Assembly: GCA_040285855.1 (NCBI GenBank)
Contig: JAUFOQ010000005.1
Location: 1,674,001-1,738,000 of the forward strand
Direction of reading: 5' to 3'
DNA from: Eukaryota sp. GEM-RC1
Taxonomy: Eukaryota
DNA: 64,000 bases
Positions 51,197 through 63,900 of this stretch are shown one piece after another; the stretch's first letter is position 1, and every line of letters begins with the position of its first letter. A program made the translations under genes and the position numbers. The notes under the pieces were generated by a model. That model saw only the letters and a program-made list of their open reading frames with translations. It ran no database searches and was not told the origin of the DNA.

Positions 51197-51287
51197 TTAG
51201 TGCAATAGAGCGCCAATTCAGGTGAAAAGCACAGTAGTAGAATGTTCTGAATTTTTTTTGTCTGAACTTCAGATTCAGGAGTTAGTG

Positions 51288-51854
51288 ATGGGAATCACTC
51301 TTTATGTCAGTGGTGTGTCTTGTTCAGGGAAGACTACACTTGCCCATAGACTACTAAACTACTTTCAGGAATATTATCCTACCAACACACACTCTCTGAT
51401 TCATCAGGACGACTTCTATAGAACAGATATATGTAATGACATTCCCATCTACTTCTGGGAGACAATAGATAGTATTGACGTCACCAAATTATCATCTAAC
51501 ATTGAACAGGCTGCTGCAATTTCTGACATAGTGATTGTTGAAGGGTTCTTACTCTTCCACCCTCTCCTACTCCAGCTATCAACACATCTGATCTATCTGG
51601 ACATTGATTTTGCCACTGCACAGATTCGGCGTAACAATCGCTCTATAGGGGATGATTGTTTCATTGATCCACCTGGTTTTTTTGAAACCACCGTATGGAC
51701 ACAGTTTTTCAAGTCAGAATACAATGTTTACACACTTGAAAATCCTCCAAGAAATTGGATCAAAGTGAACGGAAATGACAATTCTGGCCACCAATTATTG
51801 TCACTCATCAGTCAATTGTCTCTTTCGGACATCTTTCAAACATTGTCACTGTAG
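51288..51854 (+). CDS. NRK1: Nicotinamide riboside kinase-like P-loop kinase
   Basis: VSGVSCSGKTT, IHQDDFY, WE..DSID, IVEGFLLF, RR..R and DPPGFFE..VW. First ATG at 51288. Confidence 0.82.
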   Translation: MGITLYVSGVSCSGKTTLAHRLLNYFQEYYPTNTHSLIHQDDFYRTDICNDIPIYFWETIDSIDVTKLSSNIEQAAAISDIVIVEGFLLFHPLLLQLSTHLIYLDIDFATAQIRRNNRSIGDDCFIDPPGFFETTVWTQFFKSEYNVYTLENPPRNWIKVNGNDNSGHQLLSLISQLSLSDIFQTLSL

Positions 51855-52626
51855 ATGCCTTTCAAGAAGATTCTCCTGGAACTGTTTAACCTTAAGATGG
51901 TTAGCAATGTGGTCATTTTCTTAACTCGTCACTCAACCCCTCCAGTATTTCAATGTTGTCCATGTCCGTAGCTCCTCCCTCGTATAGTTTATCTCGCTGT
52001 CTTCGTTTGGAACGAGATAGCTTGACACAAGCTTGTATGGAGCACCCAACTACCGTGGATGAATTTTCCTCTGGAGCTATTGGACTATTAGCCTTAATCG
52101 AAAGTAGTACGCATGTTAGAGAACATGATTTTGATGATGACCTGCCTTTTTAAAACAAGTGATGCACACACTGACAATAAATCTCACGATTTCCTCATAG
52201 TTCTTTCTTACAGACAATCTAAGACCGAATCAGCATTGTAATTCAGTCAGCACAATTCAATACCACAGTGGACATGTACTAAGATTAACCAATTACAGTA
52301 CCTCAAACAATAGAATCCCAGGACGAGATGTTATCTACGACCATGTAACCACAATCCCCCCTTTGCAAAGGAAAAAACATCTACTATATTCTTTCTTCAG
52401 CGTACTTGAGAGAGTTCTCCCTAACTCTACTTAACAAAGTGTACGTGAATATGAAAATTACTCTCATGTAGACCTCAAATATTAATATTGCTATTCAATA
52501 CGAAAGCCATAATGTTATCGATTCGAAATGAAAACTAATCTAATCGTCCAGGTTGTGAGTTTGGTCCAGCACAACCACAATTCATGAAGAAAAATCGTTA
52601 AAAAATACATGTATTAATACAAATAA

Positions 52627-54345
52627 CTATTGCTGCTTATTGAAGCCTCCAAATCCAGGATGAACTAACGAAACTAAATATCTGAACGAATCCACCCATA
52701 AATCACGATCTTCCTCTGACGCTGCTTCAACATCCAGAGTACGTTCACCAGCTATAACACTAAACGACAGCGCTTCTCTGCCAGGATTACCAGATCTCCT
52801 TCTAAAAACTGAAGTAGTCTGACCAACAACAACATCTGTAATAGAAGCAACTTGCATGGAATCCCGAACCTTTGTTTTAGCTGGATCACGCCACTGAATA
52901 GCTGAGAAATCAGAACTTACCCAAATAAATCGATGATGTGGCTTACCCTTCTTACCGTGTTTTAAGAAAACACCGCCTTCCAGTAATCTTGCACGTAGTT
53001 TAGTTTCAACTTCTTTCTGCTCACGTTCACGCTTCCTGACGTCCTTTTGTCTCTTCTTGTCTTCTTGTAACAGCCGTCTTTCAGCAATACGCTTCACTCG
53101 AACTGTTTCTTCTTCCTTGTCCATCACTGAAGCCTCTTCATTCAACGAAGCCTCCCTCTTTGCAATCTCCATACGAATTAGCTCCTTTTCTCTCTCAAAG
53201 AAGTCGTCACCAAGACCTTCAACATCACCACTTCGCATTTGTTCTTCAGCTTGACGTAGCATTTCCTCAGCATCACGGACAGATGACATTTTGAGCTCTT
53301 GCTCCTTTTGAAGTCGATCACGTTTAGCTGCTTCTAATAACTCAGCACGATGTTGTTGCATCTCAGCAATGAACTTCATGTGCTGATCATTGAAGAAACC
53401 TTCCTCTTCCAGACAGTGAGAAACGTCATCAGACTCAATCATCATATCGTTTTCGATTTGCAGCAATCTAATTCGACGATCACCCTCATTAATACACTCA
53501 TCAAAAATCAAAGCATGACAGTCGGATGCCACGGCATCAAAAACGTCATTCAGAGCATCCTTTCGAATAGTTTCCAGTGTATCATAACTAATAAAATCCT
53601 CCTCAACCTCTTCCTTTAGCCTGTTTGCAATGGAATAAAAACCAGGAAAGAGCCCACAATGTAAGTGTTCAAAAGCAAGCCAATCAAGACGACCTTCAGA
53701 GTCTACATTCCATACAAACTGTTGGACGAACTCCCAGAGGGCGTTCTCTCCACCAATTCGATAACAGTCAAATGCATCAAGGCGTATGAGTTCTAGGCGA
53801 TTGAAGAAGTAGGATTTAAGGAGATCGGCCACGCCTTCTGTCCAGTCGTCTTTCATTAGGTCAATTTCTTTTTGAATTTTGAGCTTGGCTTGTTCTCTTC
53901 GATATTTCTTGGCTTCCATGATTTGTTGTTGTTCATCGAATATGCGTTTGGCTTCTCGTTCACGAAGACGACGTTCCACTCGTTTATAACCAGTTTCACG
54001 GGCTTCTAGCCTAAGTTTATCAGCAAGGGAGTTGAGAAGAGGAGAGCGGGGTTGTTGGAGAGAGAGTTTCGGTGAAGAGTGTAGACTGCGGGTGTGATCT
54101 AGTTGAGTTCGAAGCTGGTGGAATTCTTGTTCCATTTGGTCTCGGAGTTCATCGTATTTAGATTCAGCGATTTCAAGGTTCTCTTGGATTCTTTGAAGTA
54201 CACGGTCTTGGGTTTCAACTTTTTTGTGTTCAGCCCATTCTGACATGACTTCTCGTGTGTGTTCCGCGACAAGAGAAAGGCGGTTTTTGTAAAGCTGCTC
54301 TGTAGCAGCCGTAAGAAGGTTGACTGCTGATGGACTGGATACCAT
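52627..54345 (-). CDS. Coiled-coil protein with a C-terminal PH domain
   Basis: LLEGGVFLKHGKKGKPHHRFIWVS...IQW...GQTTSVF...SFSVIAGERTLDVEA.SEEDRDLWV is a PLC/Num1-like PH pattern. First ATG at 54345. Confidence 0.88.
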   Translation of the reverse strand: MVSSPSAVNLLTAATEQLYKNRLSLVAEHTREVMSEWAEHKKVETQDRVLQRIQENLEIAESKYDELRDQMEQEFHQLRTQLDHTRSLHSSPKLSLQQPRSPLLNSLADKLRLEARETGYKRVERRLREREAKRIFDEQQQIMEAKKYRREQAKLKIQKEIDLMKDDWTEGVADLLKSYFFNRLELIRLDAFDCYRIGGENALWEFVQQFVWNVDSEGRLDWLAFEHLHCGLFPGFYSIANRLKEEVEEDFISYDTLETIRKDALNDVFDAVASDCHALIFDECINEGDRRIRLLQIENDMMIESDDVSHCLEEEGFFNDQHMKFIAEMQQHRAELLEAAKRDRLQKEQELKMSSVRDAEEMLRQAEEQMRSGDVEGLGDDFFEREKELIRMEIAKREASLNEEASVMDKEEETVRVKRIAERRLLQEDKKRQKDVRKREREQKEVETKLRARLLEGGVFLKHGKKGKPHHRFIWVSSDFSAIQWRDPAKTKVRDSMQVASITDVVVGQTTSVFRRRSGNPGREALSFSVIAGERTLDVEAASEEDRDLWVDSFRYLVSLVHPGFGGFNKQQ

Positions 54346-54615
54346 ATAGTTGAGAGATTTTATGGAAATGAAAAACACGAATCTTTCTCGTCAACACGCA
54401 TTGGTTTATGGGGGTTCTATGACTGTACTACATGACGAATGTATTCTTTTTCTCAATTGTTCAGAATACAAGATGACTTAATTATTCAGAAGAGCAAATA
54501 AACACAGTCAACACGATAGCATGCGAGTTACCAATAAATCACATGAACACATTTTTAGTCTTTGAACCAGAAAGGATTCATCGGTTAGTATTGGGCAAGA
54601 TCTACACATATACAA

Positions 54616-55490
54616 ATGAAAGTGTCAGAAAGAAGATTCGAGACGTCGCGTTTCCTTTCTGGACTTTCAAGAATTTTGTCTTCTGATGCCCGTTTTCTGA
54701 CCGAAATGTTACTCTCACCTGAAACCATTGGCAAGTTAGGCAATGTGCTACAGGACTTCCTCGACCTTCCCACAGCGCCTTTTCCCTCATTAAGTCGTCC
54801 AGAAGGACCTTTGTATTCAGAGGACAACGACAGCCCCTCTGAAAAACACGAGGCCTGCAATGACTTTCTACAGTCATATACTTACACATTGTTAAACTCC
54901 GATATTGCAGTTGATGCGCTTTGTGCATCCCCAACACTCTGTCCCCACAGTTCGTTTGTTATTGCAGACAACCTTCTACAGACCTTCGTTCAAAGATTTA
55001 TGCCTGGATGCATTAGATGCCATTGTTCGAAGTATGTTTCCGTTTGTAAATAACCCTAGGAAGTAAGACAGCCTGTTTCTTGTACACAATTATAGCTGTT
55101 GTTGAGGAATCAAATTCCTGTAAAATGGAGCAAATCTCTCTAGATATGGATGTATTTGACCGTTTAATTAGTGCTTTTTCGTACCGCTCTCGCTTAATTT
55201 ATAGTCAACCCTATTCAGAGATGCGTCCTCTTATGTGTAGAGTTTGGAAGATGGTACTTGCCTGTAACACTTTACATCCATACCTTCAGCAATCCATAAC
55301 GTCAGCTCTAATTTCGTTGGCAGCCGGAACTGACGTGTGTTGTTCCTTAAACCGCTTCACTAAAAGCCATTCAGAACCGAATTTCAAGGATCTTGATGAC
55401 AAAGGCTCGAAGACAACTTTCCGTAGCCGTCTGCCGTCGTTCTCGGAGTTTTCAGATCTTTCTCCGTCTACTCTAAACAATTGTACATAA
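54616..55490 (+). CDS. Hypothetical host gene in pieces (possible short intron plus frameshift)
   Basis: Adjacent ORFs 54616-55053 and 55080-55490, and a candidate intron GTATGT...TAACCCTAG at 55032-55059. Confidence 0.4.
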
Positions 55491-56898
55491 TATATTGCAT
55501 TAAGTCTCTCATGTTTTGAATATTTGTGTTTTTTCTATTGTACGAATGGGACACATACATTTTTTGAATTTACAGATTTGGGTCGATAAATCAGGGTTGA
55601 CACGATGCATTCGTCACGGTGATGTTATGGAGTGTAGTTGCAAACTACACAGACAAAAAAAGTAATACAATACAGAATACAAAAATTGTGCGTGAAAATA
55701 GATTTTTCACGTGCATATTTTCTGGAGGAATGATACTCCTATCATTAGGAGCTAGGAACTATCATGTTAGATGAAAAAATGAGCAATGACAGAGTGGTAT
55801 TTGGATGTTTTCGACACAAAAGCAGAAATATTCAACTTCACAATATACAATATATCCGACTACACAATTGCAATTGAAAAAATGTGTACGGGGTGGAAAA
55901 CCAATAGCATCTTAGTTTCTGTGTAAACTCATCAAACAACATTTTTCAACATTTGCTTTTCACGATTCTGTATTGACTGCATTATTTGGTCCTTGGTGGA
56001 GTTACCAAGTATTTATTCTTAGTCGTGGTCATGCCCTTAATTTAAAATTTACTGCAGTGAATCGGTAGTTATCTGAAGTCTGTTTTCGGGGCATTATATA
56101 CAATACTGGAAACAACATTTTAAATGCGAGTTTTTTTGAGCGTATTATCCTGCCAACTTGTCAGACAACATTGCTGTCCTTTTGGTTACACCATGTTAAA
56201 ATTCCTGGTTCACCAGTTTTTGATACATTCAGTTCAAATGGATAGGAAAAAATGTTTACAAAATGAATTAACTGACTTAATACTAATACCTTTGGCTAAC
56301 ATTTTGATAGAATCTTGGACATCCAAGGCGTTAAACATCAATGATACCGAGCTGGAAGTTTGTAAGTTCAAATTTATAGCGACAAAAGTTCACTAGTCTA
56401 AACGATTGTAAATTTTTATGGAATTTGCATTTTCCATATTTTCTACCACCAGGATCACAAGAATCTTCATCAAATCAGTACAGAAGCTATTGAAATATTA
56501 TCAAGAATACTTTTATAACAGTTTATTGATGGAGGGTACAAAAATACATATCATAATAAAAGCTATGAAACACTAGACATCGAAAACTCCTGGTCAACCG
56601 TACCACAGTTTTTATACAACTTTGTGAAAATTGATTTAAAAAACTTAGGCACCGAACGGAACAAAGAAAAAATCAAACGGTTATACCAAGTTGATAAGTT
56701 AAATCTCTTATTCTGAGACTTACACATAGATCCAAAATCAGTTATACTTTTGTTTTATTGTACGTGTACTGCCTAACACAGCACATCTAAAACCAAGAAA
56801 ATAGGAGCTCGAGGCAGGATATAACACAACAGCATTTAAAAACACTTACATCTTCGCAGAAAAACCATTTTATATCGAAAACTAATTAGTAATTACAA

Positions 56899-57477
56899 TC
56901 AATTAAGTCGACGTACACCCTCTATTTCAACTCTATGATTAACTTTCAACGCCTCTGCCAAAGCTCCGGCACCTTCATCTCCAATAGAGTTGCTTCCTAG
57001 ATCAAGAAGTGTAATTGAAGCGTTAATTTTCAATGCCTCTGCCAAAGTTTCGGCACCTTCATCTCCAATAGAGTTGCTACCTAGATTAACACTTGTAACT
57101 GAAGCGTTAACTTTCAATGCCTCTGCCAAAGCTCCGGCACCTTCATCTCCAATAGAGTTGCTACCTAGATTAACACTTGTAACTGAAGCATTAATTTTCA
57201 ACGCCTCTGCCAAAGCTCCGGCACCTTCATCTCCAATAGAGTTGCTTCCTAGATCAAGAAGTGTAATTGAAGCGTTAATTTTCAATGCCTCTGCCAAAGT
57301 TTCGGCACCTTCATCTCCAATAGAGTTGCTACCTAGATTAACACTTGTAACTGAAGCGTTAACTTTCAATGCCTCTGCCAAAGCTCCGGCACCTTCATCT
57401 CCAATAGAGTTGCTACCTAGATTAACACTTGTAACTGAAGCATTAATTTTCAACGCCTCTGCCAAAGCTCCGAGCAC
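56899..57477 (-). pseudogene. RNI-like (NLRC3-type) leucine-rich repeat C-terminal fragment
   Basis: Six 28-aa repeats ALAEALK.NASVTSVNLGSNSIGDEGA. No ATG; upstream sequence degenerates and is followed by transposons. Confidence 0.85.
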
Positions 57478-57729
57478 ACTTCATTAACTTTCCACAAGAT
57501 AGAGTTGCTTCCTAGATCGACCAGTCTGAAGTGTAATTGAAGCGTTATTTATTTTCAACATGCCTCATGCCAATAGATTTCTTTGGCACCGTCTAACAGG
57601 TAGTTCTCATTTTGACTAGATTTGCTACAAACATGTAGTTGTTGATTGACTCGATTTAACCACGGAGTCGTCTGATCAGTCGCCGTATTTTCTTTTGGGT
57701 TTAATATTTCGACCATCACTTGTCTGAAG

Positions 57730-59136
57730 CAGGGACGTTAAAAAATATATTTGTATTTTATTTAGACTCTGGGTAAATGCACCACATTATGCACCACATA
57801 TTCTATTTATTTTGTAAAATGCCATATGCACCATTTAACTATATTTTTCATTTTACAGAAGCAACAATAAACACCATTTATAGATCAAAAGGACAAAACA
57901 TTATCTTTGGCCTTGTTGGGTTGAATTCTTGTACGTCTAACAGGTAGTTCAAAGGAGGACGGATCTCTAAGAGTAGACTTAAATGGGTTCTTATTAGGAG
58001 ATCCAGGAAGTCTTCTCCAAGGTCTACGTGCAACAGGGAGCACATGTTAGGAAGCTCGTTAGGGAAAGAACATAATTGTTGCCTTAAGCAATCTTCGTCT
58101 AGGTTGCTTGGCAGAGATTGTCATGTCTTATTACACAGTCGTTCTCAATCTTTAACCACCTTGTAAGAGGTAACAAATCCCTTGAGTTCGTTGATACAAA
58201 TGAGGTCCTTTTGGTCATTTACATGCTCAACCATACTATGGAACGATGTAAGTTTAGTCTTCTGTGTTCTCTTTTTCTTGATGTTAGATACATTCTGCTT
58301 GGTTAAAAAACATTTGTCATCCAAGGATCTTAAGTAGCACATTCGTGTTGATCAGGGTACCTAATGTTCACTGGTGATGTGTGGTGTGGTTTAATTTATG
58401 TGGTGCATTTTGAATGTGGTGCATTTTACAAAATAAATAGAATATGTGGTGCATAATGTGGTGCATTTACCCAAGTCTTTTATTTATTGCAGTAAATATT
58501 ATTTATTTATTTCTTGTCAACAGTTGGATCACATATATATCTGTTGTCTCAATCGGCAGTATGCAATAATATTGCAATATATTTCAATATTGTGACAATA
58601 TTTTTTCATGCTTAATTGTCGTGTTTTCATTTACAAATATCGATCTTTCTTCAAACAACTCGTACAACTATGTCTCAATTTTATAAGATATGATACAAAC
58701 AGTTGATCATACTGTTATGAATCAAACAAAATGACTAAAGATTTTAGCTGTTTGAAAGATTGTTCAGTCGATCAATGCTTACTACTGACACTCTTCGATC
58801 ACGTTTGCACCCTTCAAGCCTTAAGAAACAGTTACTATTATTGTACAACTCGCAACGTTGACATGAAAATACTATTCGAAGCGTTTTTCTCCACAGTCCT
58901 TGTCAAGATTTGTTGCACCAAGATTGAAATGTTATGGACGAAGAGTAGACTGCCTTACTACATCAGAAATTTTTTTCTCTGATTGATTATAAACCCTATT
59001 TTTTGTACATTACACTAGTACATGTACTAGAGATATTGACAATATCAATATATTTATTGTGGTGTTGACAATATCAATATATTTATTGTAAACCCACACA
59101 ATATTTTATTTATTTATTTATTTTTTAACATCCCTG
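57730..59136. mobile_element. Non-autonomous hAT-type element containing a nested MULE
   Basis: TIR CAGGGA(C/T)GTTAAAAAAT, 8-bp TSD GTCTGAAG/GTCTAAAG (7 of 8 match), subterminal TATTG/CAATA repeats. Confidence 0.8.
57765..58477. mobile_element. Non-autonomous Mutator-like element
   Basis: TIR of more than 50 bp (GACT(C)TGGGTAAATGCACCACATTATGCACCACATATTC...), 9-bp TSD TTTTATTTA (57756-57764, 58478-58486). Confidence 0.85.
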
Positions 59137-59380
59137 GTCTAAAGCACTAATTAGTTCGCAAAAATCTACATCGTATAAAAAGTGAAGAAGGCATCTTTTT
59201 AAACGGTTACGTCGGAAATGTCAAGAAGAATCGTTACTGACTCATTAAAGTATTCAACGATGAACGGTATTCTAGACTTCATATAACTAGAAATCTACTG
59301 AAAGAAATGAACTATACTTCCAAGAGCTTAAATCACTAGCCATTAATGCCAAAACGATAATTCCAAACTATAATTAAAAT

Positions 59381-60592
59381 GGAAAAATGTCAAAAACACT
59401 CATGTCCCAAATCTATATTTCATAACCACTCAAATGAAATTTGATATTACAAAAAACACTCATGAACCTTTTCTGATATACATACTTCACAAACAATGAC
59501 TTTACTTATCTCCCTTCATGATTCACTCCGTCAATCTCCAACATACTTGCTCGGGCTTGAGAATCAATCACGAGTCCCTCACAGCATCAAAGATTGTTGC
59601 AATTACCCCAGTTGTAACAGCAATTCAGCATGATCTACAAACTACAGCAGCCACCATTAGGACAGTTGTTACGCATCAAATGGAGCTACGGTTAACTATC
59701 AGAATGCTTACCGAGCTCAGAAGAAGATTAAAAAGGACTTGTATGGAAGCTTTGAAGAAGCTTATGATGAAATTCAAGCTTACGTTCGGGAACTGCGTGC
59801 GTGCTACAATGATCCTATCATTGATCTAGATGTTACAGATGGCAGATAAGATGGCAGATAAGATGGCGTAAAACTATGATAAAAATGGGGGAAAGACTAG
59901 AAAAGGCAAAGAAAATGCCCTGTATTGTAAAAACAAGTGGCAGATGATGTAAGATCTTTATTAGGTAATGCAACAGCATTTACCATTGTTCCTGCTCAGA
60001 ACCAACAGTTTGAGGTTCAGGGAGCAGATTCTGCTATTGTTGATGAGATGACGAAGAGCTGTTCATGTGGAAAGTGGCAAGAAGACAAAGTCCCGTGTGT
60101 ACATGCTGTTGCTGTTGCTGTGTTCATGAGAAAACCTCTAGAAGAGTTGATTGGTGAGGAATATCATCAATCAACTCTGTTAAAATGCTATGGTACTTTG
60201 TTACCTGCTATTAGAGCCAGAAACAGCTGGATGGCTACTGAAGATGAAGTTCAAGAGCAAGTCGCGCTTCCAGTAGAAAAACGAGGAAGATGAAGGCCAC
60301 GTACAAGAAGACTTACCAGCATTGGTGAACCAGAGATGAAGAAAGGACGAGGAAAGTACGGATGCAGTATCTGCAAGAAGAAGGGACATACAATGAAGAC
60401 ATGTCCCAACAAGTAGTAGATGGCATATCGATAGATAGATGAGATAATAGTAATCAAAATATAGTAAAACAATGACTTGGTTCTATTGATACCAATATTA
60501 TAGTGGTCTAATGAGTGTTTTTGTAATATCAAATTCCATTTGAGTGGTTATGAAATATAGATTTGGGACATGAGTGTTTTTGAATTTTACCC
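59381..60592 (+). mobile_element. Internally deleted Mutator (MULE) transposon with transposase remnant
   Basis: ~80-bp TIRs, 9-bp TSD AATTAAAAT, SWIM finger CSCGKWQEDKVPCVH and terminal knuckle CSICKKKGHTMKTC. The DDE core is missing. Confidence 0.9.
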
Positions 60593-60604
60593 AATTAAAA
60601 TTTA

Positions 60605-60848
60605 CAGTAAACTCTCTCCAATTACAAACTCTGTAATTGAAAACTCTCTGAAATTGCAACAAAAACCATACCACCGAGTAAAACAATACCTAACAAAATA
60701 ATTGATGTTATGGAATAAATAAGCGTAGTACACATTTCTATGTTAAGTTTAGGATAGATTTATAGGAACTCTCTGTAATTGAAAAAACTCTCTGTAATTA
60801 AAACGAAACTCCATTCACCAAGTCGTTTCAATTAGAGAGAATATACTG
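60605..60848. mobile_element. Tc1/pogo-type MITE
   Basis: TA-flanked imperfect TIR CAGTAAACTCTCT / AGAGAGAATATACTG with internal AACTCTCTGTAATT repeats. Confidence 0.7.
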
Positions 60849-60946
60849 TAGATAGACTGTGTTGTGATTAGTAATCATTGATTACCTGACACATAGTCTA
60901 ATTTTTCCCCCTTTAACGGGTGACCTTCATACTAGTACGCTATTTG

Positions 60947-63900
60947 ATGTCCATATCCCAACCTCTACTTCTCTACAAGTCCCTTAAACAGATATCACAT
61001 GAGTTACCAGATTCATCGTTCTCTCCTGCCGAGTTGACATCTGACTTAGTCTCATATATCACAACACTTCATGATTGCTTTGGTACAGAATCTTCCATAA
61101 ACTTCTCTCAACGACTCCTCTCTTCCTCAGTTCCCTTATCAGACTTCTACTCAGTTGTTTTTGATATCCTTCTTCACATACACTCTCTTGACAACACCAT
61201 ACTATCCCCCTTTGATTCCAGTGATCTCTGTCATGTCTTCTCATCATTGGCTCAGTTCTCTGACCAGATCAACACATCTAAATACAACTCCCTCCTATCC
61301 TCCCTCTTCCATCTCACTTCTGATGTTAGACAAGGGTTAAATCTGCCACCATCTACACAGAAACTAGTTGACTCTTTGTTTGCCGTTGCTGGGGAGTCAA
61401 ATGAGGAAGAAAGCGTTGATTTTGACTTGATAAAACTCCGTTTAGAGAAAGTTGAGAGTTCGTTGGAGGATTTGCTTTGTTTTGACAAAATGACTCGTCC
61501 TAATTATGATCGATTGTCTTCCCAAATATTGACTCACTATTTAAATAATTTTGAACTATTTGATAATGACTTCATCAAATGTCGATTGTTTTTTACTCTC
61601 TTGAAAATGTTTAAATTTTTGCTTCAAACCAATACTCCATTGGCTCACCCATTGTTCGATAGTCTAAAAAGAATTCTTCAGCAATTGATGCAAAATAGCA
61701 TTGAATCTGCAATATTTCAAAATGTGTATAATTCAAATATTCAGCAAATTCTAAATTTTTGTATCATGAAGCTGTTAAAATCAAAGACTTCTTCTTTACC
61801 TTTGATTTTTTCTAACTTTCTAACTATACTTTTCCAATCTAATGTTGTTTTCCCGCCACTTTTCTTCCCTACATTATTCAATTTTTTCCGAGTTTTTCAA
61901 ATTCAAAACTCCGCTCTAATTTCTTTACTCATGAGTTCTAATGATCATTCATTAGCTTCTTCCCAAGAGCAAAAGTCTCTTAAAGTCAGTACATTAATGG
62001 ACGTATTATCATTTTTAAATTTTTCCAATAATGTTCAAATTCTTGAGAAATGTAATGAATTAGTTGGACTAATTTCGAGAAATCCAGAGGCAATCAACGA
62101 TTCTCTATTTGCAAGTACGTATTTATTTCAGAAAATTCTAATTTTCATTCTCCAAAATCTTTCAACTGAAGAATTATTCAGTATTGATGTGGATGTGTTT
62201 TTAAAATTTGAAAACTTGAACAGTTATTTGAAAATCAACTTTCTTTTGTACATGTGTTACAAAAATTCGTTGAAGTTTCCATTTGTTCATTTTTCAAATT
62301 TCAGCCTATTTTTGACTTTTTGATCCCACGTCGATAGAGTTCCCCACTATTAGCTTCATGATTCTTTTCCTAGTTTTCTCATCTCATTTCACAAAGACAT
62401 CGTCCTCATTTTTAAATTCTTCAAAATCATTAAATTTGAACTTTGTCAAATATCTTCTATCCACTTTAATTGAAGACCATATCAATACTTTGTCTTTACC
62501 TTCATTACTGATGCGAGTTAATAACTCTTCAGTATTAAAATTGAGTGATTCTGAAATTCCACTTAAAGTTATTCTTTTCCTGTTCAATTTCGAAACTTAT
62601 GATAAATTAGAAACTGTAACTGACATGCTCCAAGAAATCATCATTACCATATCCGATTTCAAGTTTAAATTATTCCTTTTCAATCTTATATTTCTTACCT
62701 AGACTTTGCTTCTATTTCCACTATTATTGTTTCTTTATCGTCTTGTTCGCTGAATACCCTTCCTAAAGTACCATCGAATGTTGACGGGGCCTTTCTTAAT
62801 TTGATTTATTACAATTCTGAAATTGAAAGTCTTTGGATTGGTCTTTTTGAAATCATTTTAAGTATTTTTTCAAAAATTGAAGAAAATCTATTAATTGCGG
62901 ATGTTTCCTTTCTAGAAAAACTCCTAACAGGGTCCTTTGGAGTGATGTTTTCTTCCATTTATGAGCTATTGAAACGTGGACCGATTACTGGATTGTACAG
63001 TAAACAAAGTCAGTTTCTATTGGATTTTAGCACATCAATTTTAAAAATTCTAATCTATACCTTTGATATTCTTTTCTTTTCGGAAAAGTTTTCATATAGT
63101 CATTCCTTAGTTAATAATTTACTGAAAATCTTCAGTTTTCTTGTTGATCTCCCTTTCTTTTTGTCGTGGAAATATTTCAAATTATTAAAATTAGACCAGC
63201 AGCTATCACGTCATTTTCCAGATTCCACTGTAACAAGTGTTTTTAATATTTTCGAAGGTAAATTATCTAAACAATCAGCTCCTCTTAATGTTGACGTGAT
63301 CTATGATTGTCTCGTTCATTGTCCTGCGTTGGTTCCATTTTCGTACAAATTTAAAATTTTAAAATTGTACATTAGTTCAACTGTTTCTGAAGAGAAAGAT
63401 ACAATGAATGTTAATCGACAATCGGTTCTAGAGTCGTTGTCAAAAGAGTTCCATAAACGATCTCTTATTGATCTACGTGTCAAAAGTATTCGAATTTCTT
63501 TTGAAGGTGAACACGGTGTGGACGTGAAAGGTGTTCGGCAGGAGTGTTTTTCACTTGCATCCACTGAATTTTTTAAAAATGAAGAAATTTTCCACTTCAA
63601 TGAACAAAATCAGTCCATACCTGCCAGAGTTTCTCCTAAAAACCAAAAATTACTAGAGTTTTGCGGTCTTTTGCTTGGTAAAAGTTTACTACACAGCCTT
63701 GTTTTAAACGCTTCAATTCACCCACTCTTTTGGAAATTCCTTTCAAATTCAAAAATTAGTCCCTCTGAAATTTTATTCCATGACCCTCAACTTCTCTCTT
63801 CAATTTCTACTGTGTTTTCTTACCCTTTTGTTGAAGACCTAGGGTTATACTTCACTACTTTGGAAGGTGAACCTCTGATTGAGAATGGTGAGCTCGTCCC

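Noticed and set aside
56944..57471. CRISPR-like array
   Set aside because: The repeats are contiguous in-frame 84-bp coding units without unique spacers
57480..57950. 16-bp duplication GTCTAACAGGTAGTTC (~57591, ~57935) and scrambled LRR sequence
   Set aside because: It does not fit any element boundary. It may be local decay or low-quality consensus.
60853..60900. Small inverted repeat TAGACT.TGT...ACATAGTCTA
   Set aside because: Too short to distinguish a transposon relic from chance
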